The notes beneath the pieces were generated by a model. It saw nothing but the letters and a program-made list of their open reading frames with translations, was not told where the DNA came from and did no database searches. Both the position numbers and the translations under genes were made by a program. A DNA stretch of 17,884 nucleotides from an uncultured Clostridiaceae bacterium. Lineage in GTDB: Bacteria > Bacillota > Clostridia > TANB77 > CAG-508. Location: contig CAJKDR010000013.1 of NCBI GenBank assembly GCA_905198755.1, forward strand, positions 1 through 17,884, given 5' to 3'. Below are positions 7,645-14,671 of this stretch, piece by piece. Each line of letters starts with the position of its first letter. The first letter of the stretch is position 1.

Positions 7645-7692
7645 ATTATATCTCAAAAAATAATATAAAAAAGTTGCAATTGCAACTTTTTT
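7645..7692 (-). promoter_or_regulatory. Putative nrdD promoter: -10 TATAAT (7650-7645) with a perfect 26-bp palindrome AAAAAAGTTGCAATTGCAACTTTTTT (7667-7692) centred about 41.5 bp upstream of the predicted start
   Basis: The palindrome was verified base by base and is centred between 7679 and 7680. No acceptable -35 lies at 16-18 bp from the -10. This geometry is typical of class II activator-dependent promoters. Confidence 0.5.
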
Positions 7693-7879
7693 GCTTTTTT
7701 TATTTTTTTGACTTTTAAACTAGCAAAAAAGCTTTATTTTAGTGAGTTATCTCAAATATTACATTTATATTACAAAATCAAAGTTTTTTTTACATTTTAT
7801 TACTAATAATAAAAGTATTGAAAAATCAATATTTTTATGCTCTTTGAAATAAATGTAATTTTAGCTTTTATGTATTCTT

Positions 7880-7909
7880 GTTGCAATTGCAACTTTTTAG
7901 TGATATAAT
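7880..7909 (+). promoter_or_regulatory. Promoter of the Crp/Fnr-family gene: -35 TTGCAA (7881-7886), 17-bp spacer, extended -10 TGaTATAAT (7901-7909), with the -35 embedded in the palindrome GTTGCAATTGCAAC (7880-7893)
   Basis: Near-consensus hexamers with exact 17-bp spacing. AAGGAG RBS at 7926-7931 and ATG at 7939. The 14-bp palindrome is identical to the core of the 7667-7692 element. Confidence 0.65.
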
Positions 7910-7938
7910 TACAATATAATTATTTAAGGAGATACTAT

Positions 7939-8571
7939 ATGAGAACAAATTTTAATATAGAAGATTTTTCAAATAAATTATTAAATTCTTGTGATAAAGT
8001 ACAATTAAAAACTTTTGAAAAAAATGAAATTGTAACAACATATATTATAAATAGAAATCAAGTTTGTATTGTTTTAAATGGATCAGCAGACTTAATGAGA
8101 TATGACTTTAATGGTAATCAAACAATTGTTGAAAAGTTCAATAAATTTGATGTATTTGGTGAAATTTTTTATCAAATAAATACTAATAACGAATTATTTG
8201 TAATTGCTAAAGAAAAATCTAAAATATTAATTTTTAATTATGATATATTTGAAAAAAAATGTAAAAAAAATTGTAAGATGCATGAAGAATTATTAATAGG
8301 ATTACCAAACTTAGTTCTAACAAAAGTATCAGACTTAAACTTAAGAATAGAATTGCTATCTAAGAAAACAATAAGAGATAAACTAATCTCTTATTTTAGA
8401 ATATTATCAGAAAAAAATTTTAGTAAAACCTTTACTCTTCCCCTTAGTTTAACAGATTTAGCTGATTATCTAAGTGTTGATAGAAGTGCTATGATGAGAG
8501 AAATAAAAAGCTTAAAAAATGAGGGTTTTATAAAAAAATCAGATAAAAATAAAATAACATTATTAAGTTAA
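7939..8571 (+). CDS. Crp/Fnr-family transcriptional regulator
   Basis: 210-aa ORF with an N-terminal cNMP-binding-like beta-roll region (…FDVFGEIF…) and a C-terminal HTH (LTDLADYLSVDRSAMMREIKSLKNEGFI). It is divergent from nrdD. Confidence 0.8.
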   Translation: MRTNFNIEDFSNKLLNSCDKVQLKTFEKNEIVTTYIINRNQVCIVLNGSADLMRYDFNGNQTIVEKFNKFDVFGEIFYQINTNNELFVIAKEKSKILIFNYDIFEKKCKKNCKMHEELLIGLPNLVLTKVSDLNLRIELLSKKTIRDKLISYFRILSEKNFSKTFTLPLSLTDLADYLSVDRSAMMREIKSLKNEGFIKKSDKNKITLLS

Positions 8572-8662
8572 ATTATAATTTATGAAACATTATTTATCTT
8601 GCAAATTAAAATTATTGTTCTAAACAAAGAATTGTATAATATACTCCAATTAGGTGATATAT

Positions 8663-9464
8663 ATGCAATTCTTATTTAATTTTGTTAAAGGAATTTTTAT
8701 TGGTGCAGGTGCTATTTTACCTGGTATTAGTAGTGGTGTACTTTGTATTATATTTGGTATATATGAAAAATTAATAGATAGTATTCTAGGATTTTTTAAA
8801 GATATTAAAAAGAACCTAAAATTTCTCATTCCAATTGCTTTAGGTGGTTTTTTCGGTTGTATTATTTTTAGCAACATTCTTGTTTATTTTTTTGATGCAA
8901 TTCCAGTTCAAACAAAATCTTTATTTATAGGATTACTGTTAGGTAGTATTTATATTTTATACAAGCAAGAATTGAATAAAAGTAAAACTTCTTCGTTTTC
9001 TAGTTATCTATCTTTTATAGTTTGTTTTGTTATAGGTTTAGGCTTAATTTTATTTGAAAATAGTGTTGTATATAAAAGTGGATATTATCCTAATGAATTT
9101 AGCTTCTTATTTTTAGTTTTAAGCGGCTTTTTTATGAGCTTTGGAATTGTTATACCCCGGAGTTAGTAGCACCGTTATTTTAATGATTTTAGGCGTATAT
9201 AATACATATCTTAGTGCAGTTTCTATTGTAAATATGAATGTAATTTTTCCAATGATTATTGGAGTAACTGTCGGTTCACTAATTTTAATGAAATTAATAA
9301 AAAAATTATTAACATATTTTCATTCTCAAACTATGTTCGGAATAATTGGATTTAGCCTTGGCAGTTTATTAATCCTCTATCCTACATATTCTTTAAACAT
9401 AGAAAGTTTAATTTCAGTAATTATATTGATTTTAGGATTTCTTGTCGGAAAAAATATAGCTTAG
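8663..9464 (+). pseudogene. DUF368-family integral membrane protein (family implicated in polyprenyl-phosphate transport), interrupted by a +1 frameshift in a C4 run at 9155-9158
   Basis: The two track ORFs (8654..9166 and 9141..9464) overlap. Each carries one copy of the family's duplicated PG(I/V)S(S/G) motif: ILPGISSGVLCIIFGIY and, after the shift, IPGVSSTVILMILGVY. Deleting one C restores ...FGIVIPGVSSTVIL.... The likely start is ATG 8663, preceded by a GGTGA RBS. Confidence 0.75.
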
Positions 9465-9533
9465 GTATTTTATAGAATAACAAAAATTTGCAGAGTAAAT
9501 TTCTGTTCAAAGTATTTATATATTAATATAAAA

Positions 9534-9558
9534 ATAGTGCCACTAAAAGTAGCACCAT
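9534..9558. terminator. Possible bidirectional stem-loop between the convergent DUF368 gene and the 113-aa gene
   Basis: ATAGTGCCAC-TAAAA-GTAGCACCAT forms a 10-bp stem with 2 mismatches. It is flanked by an A-run upstream and TTTT downstream on the plus strand. The hairpin is weak. Confidence 0.35.
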
Positions 9559-9567
9559 TTTCGAATG

Positions 9568-9909
9568 TTAGTTTTTATCAGGTTCTTCATATTCGAACAA
9601 ATAGAAGATTTCAACTGTGTCAGTATCTTTGTCTACTGTAGTTGCTTTGTCGCAATTTGAAATTCTAGGAAAATCATATAAATTGCTAAACAATCCGATA
9701 ATTACTTTCATTCCGTCTATATCACATGAAAAACTTTCTTTTATCAATTCAAAAGATTTATCATCTTTATTGTACATGCGAATTGATACTTGTGATGGGG
9801 CTTCGTTATCCACATTGGACATCTTTAATGATATTCCAATCATACTAGTTTCGGAGCTTACCGTTTCTCTTATCCGTTCCAACATGTGAGATATGCTATT
9901 TTCGATCAT
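9568..9909 (-). CDS. Hypothetical acidic protein (113 aa), apparently its own transcription unit
   Basis: The ORF has a strong RBS (AAGGAGGT, 7 nt spacer), its own near-consensus promoter and flanking hairpins. I recognise no family motif. Confidence 0.6.
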   Translation of the reverse strand: MIENSISHMLERIRETVSSETSMIGISLKMSNVDNEAPSQVSIRMYNKDDKSFELIKESFSCDIDGMKVIIGLFSNLYDFPRISNCDKATTVDKDTDTVEIFYLFEYEEPDKN

Positions 9910-9966
9910 AAAAATATGACCTCCTTAAAAATATTTTTGATATGGTAATTGCCATTATCAATATTA

Positions 9967-9995
9967 ATTATATCATGTTTTACATAAAATTGCAA
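9967..9995 (-). promoter_or_regulatory. Promoter for the 113-aa gene: -35 TTGCAA (9995-9990), 17-bp spacer, extended -10 TGaTATAAT (9975-9967)
   Basis: Read on the minus strand as TTGCAATTTTATGTAAAACATGATATAAT, with exact 17-bp spacing. Confidence 0.6.
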
Positions 9996-10020
9996 AAAGA
10001 TGTGTTTTACACATCTTTTT
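9994..10020 (-). terminator. Rho-independent terminator after the U32 gene, overlapping its stop codon: 11-bp perfect stem AAAAAGATGTG/CACATCTTTTT with a 5-nt loop
   Basis: Perfect inverted repeat at 9994-10004 / 10010-20. On the minus strand the stem runs into a T-tract (CACATCTTTTTGCAATTTT). Confidence 0.65.
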
Positions 10021-11245
10021 TTCTTCTAATTATCCAATTTTCCTCACATTTTATTGGTAAGTGCATTTTTACTGTTTGTCCTTGTTTTCCTGGGTTAACG
10101 CATTCTATTTCTTCATTTGTTTCAGAGTCCCATAATTTTTCTATGTTAAACACATAATTATTAATAGTTCCTGGAATTAATATCTCCAATGTATCCCCTA
10201 CTTTTAATTTGTTTCTTATTTCTATTATTGATTTGTCTTCATCATATTTTAATATTTTACCACCAAATTCATATTGTAAATTATATTGCTTTCCTTCATA
10301 TTCTTGAAAGTCTTTATTATTTCTATCATTAAAATAAAATGTTGTTAATCCTCTAGTTTTTGTTTTTTCTAATTCTTTTAGATATTTAGTATAATCATAG
10401 TTTTCTGTGTTCTTTATACATTCATCTATTGCAGTTCTATAAGTATTTATAACAGATGCTAAATAATATTCTGTTTTTAGTCTACCTTCTATTTTTAAAC
10501 TATCTACTCCCATTTCAATAATTTCTGGTAATTCCTTTATTAAGCATAAATCTTTTGATGAAAATATATATGTTCCATGTTCATCATCTTCTACAGGCAT
10601 TAGATTACCTGGATTATTTTTTTCTTCAACATATACATTATAAGCCCATCTGCAACTCTGTGCACAGTCTCCAAGATTAGCACTTCTACATGCTAAAAAA
10701 TCACTTAAGAAGCATCTTCCTGAATATCCAAAGCAAATTGCTCCATGAACAAATATTTCTGTTTCTAAATCATCTGGAGTTTTTTCAATTATTTCTCTTA
10801 TTTGTTCTTTATTTAATTCTCTTCCTAATATAACTCTTTTTGCTCCATTTTTCTCCCAAAAATTTGCATTATGATAGCTTACTATATTAGCTTGTGTGCT
10901 TATATGTATATCAACATTAGGAGCATATTTTTTAAATATTTCTACTATTCCTCCATCTGAAATAATAGCTCCATCTACTTTTATATCATTTAATATTTTT
11001 GCTTGTTTTATTACTTCTTCATATTTATCATCCCAAGCAAAAATATTGACTGCAGCATATACCTTTTTTCCTATACTATGTGCATATTCAATTGTTTTTT
11101 CTAATTCGTCATCATTTACAGAAACCCTACTTCTTAATGATAAAGAAGATGTTCCCATATATACAGCGTCTGCACCATATAAAAAAGCAATTTTTGCTTT
11201 TTCAAAAGATCCTGCTGGTGCTAATAATTCCGGTTTTTTGTTCAT
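10007..11245 (-). CDS. Peptidase U32 family protein, probable tRNA ho5U hydroxylation factor (TrhP/YrrO-like)
   Basis: 412-aa ORF with an N-terminus typical of U32 (KPELLAPAGSFEKAKIAFLYGADAVYMG) and a Cys-rich central segment. It is clustered with a TrmR-like O-methyltransferase, as in the B. subtilis yrrM-yrrN-yrrO locus. Confidence 0.8.
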   Translation of the reverse strand: MNKKPELLAPAGSFEKAKIAFLYGADAVYMGTSSLSLRSRVSVNDDELEKTIEYAHSIGKKVYAAVNIFAWDDKYEEVIKQAKILNDIKVDGAIISDGGIVEIFKKYAPNVDIHISTQANIVSYHNANFWEKNGAKRVILGRELNKEQIREIIEKTPDDLETEIFVHGAICFGYSGRCFLSDFLACRSANLGDCAQSCRWAYNVYVEEKNNPGNLMPVEDDEHGTYIFSSKDLCLIKELPEIIEMGVDSLKIEGRLKTEYYLASVINTYRTAIDECIKNTENYDYTKYLKELEKTKTRGLTTFYFNDRNNKDFQEYEGKQYNLQYEFGGKILKYDEDKSIIEIRNKLKVGDTLEILIPGTINNYVFNIEKLWDSETNEEIECVNPGKQGQTVKMHLPIKCEENWIIRRKKDV

Positions 11246-11254
11246 ATTTTTCTC

Positions 11255-11953
11255 CTATATTAATTTATTTTTTTCTTCTGGTTCTTTTATTGTTGTTATG
11301 TCTACAAATGGATAAAGTCTTCTTATTATTTCTTTATATTTTAATTCATAAAAGCCATTTTCTCTAGACACCCACATTCTAGGTATTTGTTTTCCAATTA
11401 TTAATGTTTCATTGTTTAGCTTGTTTTGAATTTCTTCTTTGTTTACTTTTTTGTAATCATGATGACTAGCTTCTGTATTTAATTCAACATCTATTGTTTT
11501 AAATTGGCATTCTACTGCTGGTACATTATGACTTGCTAATGTACTATTATTTCCTTTTTTTATTGAATAAGACTCATGCCATGCTTTATAGCCATTTTCT
11601 TTATTATGAAATTTTGATCTTGTACTTTTAAATGTTTTTTCTAGTTCTTCTTTAATTTCATGAATTTCATTTTCGTTGGCACATATTATTTCAATCCCAA
11701 ATACATCATCAAGCATTTTATTTTTTTGAAAATTTTTAACTGCGCTGTCAGTATCTTTTATTCTTGCTCTAATTTCTATAAATTGACTAATTTGAGCATG
11801 ATTTTTTAAGTTCTCTATTACATCATAAACGTAATTCATAAATTCAAAAAATCCATTTTCTTGAGAATTAACAAAGTCTGCATATAAATTTTCTTTGTTA
11901 ACTCTTTCTATTATTTCATTAGTAGATATTGTTTCTTTATATTGATCTAACAT
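11255..11953 (-). CDS. RelA/SpoT-domain (small alarmone synthetase-like) nucleotidyltransferase, divergent
   Basis: 232-aa ORF carrying the ordered synthetase motifs RIKDTDSAVK (RxKxxxSxxK), DDVFGIEI (DxxGxR with R to E), GYKAWH (GYxxxH), ECQFKT (ExQxRT with R to K) and HHDYKK (HxxYK). Confidence 0.7.
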   Translation of the reverse strand: MLDQYKETISTNEIIERVNKENLYADFVNSQENGFFEFMNYVYDVIENLKNHAQISQFIEIRARIKDTDSAVKNFQKNKMLDDVFGIEIICANENEIHEIKEELEKTFKSTRSKFHNKENGYKAWHESYSIKKGNNSTLASHNVPAVECQFKTIDVELNTEASHHDYKKVNKEEIQNKLNNETLIIGKQIPRMWVSRENGFYELKYKEIIRRLYPFVDITTIKEPEEKNKLI

Positions 11954-11954
11954 A

Positions 11955-12545
11955 CTAATTTCTCCTCTTGCTAATAGCTAAACCGTCTCCTATTTCTAAA
12001 ATTTCTGTTATTAAATTTGGATCTTCTGTTGTTTCTTTTATATATTCTCGTAAATTTCTTACAGCGGTTCTTTGTTTATGTTTATTATAATCGCTCATAA
12101 CATACCCCTTATATAATATGTTATCAGCTAATATTATACCATCATTTTTTAATAATCTTAAAGCATGTTCTAAAAAAATAGGATATTTCCCTTTTGCAGC
12201 ATCTATAAATACCATATCATATTTTTTATTAATAGTTGGTAATATTTCAACTGCATCTCCTGAAATTATATTAATTTGTTTTTCTACCTCTGCTTTTTTT
12301 ACATTTATTTTTGCTTCTTCTATTCTTTGTTCATCTCTCTCAATTGTATCAATAATTCCATCATCGCTTAAAAACTTAGTAAAACAGATAGCAGAATAGC
12401 CAACAGCAGTACCTATTTCTAGAATACTGCTTATTTTTTTGTCATTATATAATTCATAAATATATTCCAATGTGTCATCCATTATAATTGGTATATGATT
12501 TTCTAAAGCTTTTTCTTTTATTTCTAATAGTGCTATTTTATTCAC
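11955..12545 (-). CDS. SAM-dependent O-methyltransferase, TrmR/YrrM-like
   Basis: 196-aa ORF with a GTG start and a class I methyltransferase glycine-rich motif (ILEIGTAVGYSA) followed by ...MVFIDAAK.... It neighbours the U32 gene. Confidence 0.75.
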   Translation of the reverse strand: MNKIALLEIKEKALENHIPIIMDDTLEYIYELYNDKKISSILEIGTAVGYSAICFTKFLSDDGIIDTIERDEQRIEEAKINVKKAEVEKQINIISGDAVEILPTINKKYDMVFIDAAKGKYPIFLEHALRLLKNDGIILADNILYKGYVMSDYNKHKQRTAVRNLREYIKETTEDPNLITEILEIGDGLAISKRRN

Positions 12546-12550
12546 GATTT

Positions 12551-12832
12551 TTACCTTTCTTCTCTTTCAAAATGGTAATCAACATATGTTTCAAAAAAAC
12601 TTTTAACGGTTGAATTTGTATATGTTTTCAATAAATATGAGATAATTTCCTCTTTACTATGGTGCTTTCTTATCATTCTTTTTATATCTTCATGTATTCT
12701 TCTTCGTTCTATGCTGTCAGGACTTGTAGGAATTTTATGCGACTCAGAGATTCCAATTTCATTATATCTTCCACCTTTATAAGAAGAGGTCTTGTTTAAT
12801 CTTTCAACTCCTGATTTTAAATATGTTTTCAT
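12551..12832 (-). CDS. Hypothetical basic protein (93 aa)
   Basis: The ORF is tightly packed between typA (stop 12841; GGAG RBS overlaps the typA stop) and the methyltransferase (5-nt gap). I recognise no motif. Confidence 0.55.
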   Translation of the reverse strand: MKTYLKSGVERLNKTSSYKGGRYNEIGISESHKIPTSPDSIERRRIHEDIKRMIRKHHSKEEIISYLLKTYTNSTVKSFFETYVDYHFEREER

Positions 12833-12840
12833 TTTTTCTC

Positions 12841-14658
12841 CTACTTATTTCTTCTAGCTTCTCTTTCTCTTGTTTTTGTATCTAATATTTTCTTTCTTAA
12901 TCTAATGTTTTTAGGTGTTACTTCTACTAATTCATCATCTTGAATAAATTCAATTGCTTTTTCTAATGACATTTGAATTGGTGGAACTAATCTTAAAGCA
13001 TCATCTGAACCTGAAGCTCTAGTATTAGTTAAATGTTTTTCTTTACATACATTTATTGCTAAGTCTTCATTTCTAGAATTTAATCCAACTATCATTCCTT
13101 CATATACTTCTACACCAGGTCCTATAAATAATTCACCTTTATCTTGTGCATTGTATAATCCATATGTTATAGATGTTCCAGCTTCCCATGCAACAATTGT
13201 ACCTCTTGTTCTTGCTTGAATATCACCCTTATATTCTTCATATGAATCAAATATATGGTTCATTGTTCCTTCACCTTTAGTGTCTGTTAAGAATTCTGTT
13301 CTATAACCAATTAATCCTCTTGCTGGAATCTTGAATTCTACTTTTGTATGACCATCTTCTGCAGGTTCCATATTAAGCATTTCAGCTTTTCTTCTTCCTA
13401 ATTTTTCAATAACATTTCCTATACAATCATCTGGAACATTTACAACTAATCTTTCAATTGGTTCACATTTCTTTCCATCTATTTCTTTAAAAATAACTTT
13501 TGGACGAGATACTAATAATTCAAATCCTTCTCTTCTCATTGTTTCTATTAATACAGATAAGTGTAATTCACCACGTCCAGATACTTCAAATGCTTCTGCT
13601 CTATCTGTTTCTTTTACTCTTAAACTTACATTTCTTTCAAGTTCTTTAAATAATCTATCTCTTAAATGTCTTGATGTAACAAACTCACCTTCACGTCCTG
13701 CGAAAGGTCCATCGTTTACACTAAATGTCATAGAAACTGTTGGTTCATCTATATCAACAAAAGGTATCTTTTCTGGATTTGCTGGATCACAAATTGTATC
13801 ACCTATATTTATATCTGAAATTCCTGCTATTTCAATAATATCTCCTGCTTTTGCTTCTTCAACTTCTACTTTCTTTAATCCTTGATGTGTATAAACTTTG
13901 GCTATTTTTCCATTTACTGTTTTATCATCTTTTTTGCATATAACAACATTCATTCCTGTTTTTACTGTTCCACGCTCTAGTCTACCTACTGCGATTCTTC
14001 CAACATAATCATCATAATCTATGTTAGATACCAACATTTGCATTGTTCCATCTTCATCACATTCTGGTGGATTTATTGTATTTATTATTGTCTCAAATAA
14101 ACATGTTAAATCAGATGATTCATCTTCTAGATTCATTTTTCCTATTCCTAATTTTGCTGAAGCATATACAACAGGAAAATCTAATTGTTCATCTGTTGCA
14201 TTTAGTTCTATAAATAATTCAATTACTTCATCAACAACTTTTTCTGGATTTGCTCCAGGTCTATCTATTTTATTTATGACAACTATTGGTTTTAAGTCTA
14301 ATGCTAATGATTTCTTTAAAACCTCTCTTGTTTGAGGCATTGCTCCTTCAAAAGCATCTACTAGTAATAAAACACCATCAACTGTTTTTAAAACTCTTTC
14401 TACTTCTCCTCCAAAGTCTGCGTGTCCTGGAGTATCTACTATATTTATTTTTACATCTTTATATTGTACTGATGTATTTTTAGAAAGTATTGTTATTCCT
14501 CTTTCTTTTTCCAAATCATTAGAGTCCATTACTCTATCTTGTACTACTTCATTATCTCTAAAAACATGGCTTTGTTTTAGTAGTGCATCTACTAAAGTTG
14601 TTTTTCCATGATCAACGTGTGCTATAATTGCAATATTTCTTATATTTTTATTATTCAT
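12841..14658 (-). CDS. typA: Translational GTPase TypA/BipA
   Basis: 605-aa ORF with G1 AHVDHGKTT, G3 DTPGHADF, G4 NKID and EF-G-like downstream domains. Confidence 0.95.
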   Translation of the reverse strand: MNNKNIRNIAIIAHVDHGKTTLVDALLKQSHVFRDNEVVQDRVMDSNDLEKERGITILSKNTSVQYKDVKINIVDTPGHADFGGEVERVLKTVDGVLLLVDAFEGAMPQTREVLKKSLALDLKPIVVINKIDRPGANPEKVVDEVIELFIELNATDEQLDFPVVYASAKLGIGKMNLEDESSDLTCLFETIINTINPPECDEDGTMQMLVSNIDYDDYVGRIAVGRLERGTVKTGMNVVICKKDDKTVNGKIAKVYTHQGLKKVEVEEAKAGDIIEIAGISDINIGDTICDPANPEKIPFVDIDEPTVSMTFSVNDGPFAGREGEFVTSRHLRDRLFKELERNVSLRVKETDRAEAFEVSGRGELHLSVLIETMRREGFELLVSRPKVIFKEIDGKKCEPIERLVVNVPDDCIGNVIEKLGRRKAEMLNMEPAEDGHTKVEFKIPARGLIGYRTEFLTDTKGEGTMNHIFDSYEEYKGDIQARTRGTIVAWEAGTSITYGLYNAQDKGELFIGPGVEVYEGMIVGLNSRNEDLAINVCKEKHLTNTRASGSDDALRLVPPIQMSLEKAIEFIQDDELVEVTPKNIRLRKKILDTKTREREARRNK

Positions 14659-14671
14659 TTTCTTTCTCCTT

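Noticed and set aside
7667-7692. A6-GTTGC-AATT-GCAAC-T6 read as a bidirectional rho-independent terminator
   Set aside because: It lies between two divergently transcribed genes, upstream of both, where no transcript needs terminating. The same core recurs inside the other promoter's -35. An operator role fits better.
7817-7830. ATTGAAAAATCAAT as an FNR box
   Set aside because: The half-sites are TTGA-N4-TCAA, whereas the FNR consensus is TTGA-N6-TCAA (TTGAT-N4-ATCAA). There is only a single copy in very AT-rich DNA, so it is probably chance.
7615-7938. NrdR boxes or a cobalamin riboswitch upstream of nrdD
   Set aside because: I could not find paired 16-bp palindromes of the NrdR type. The predicted leader is only about 24 nt, too short for a riboswitch.
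9141-9464. TTG-initiated 107-aa ORF as an independent gene
   Set aside because: It overlaps the upstream ORF by 26 nt and has no RBS. Its sequence continues the DUF368 second-half repeat once a single C is removed, so it is the downstream part of a frameshifted gene.
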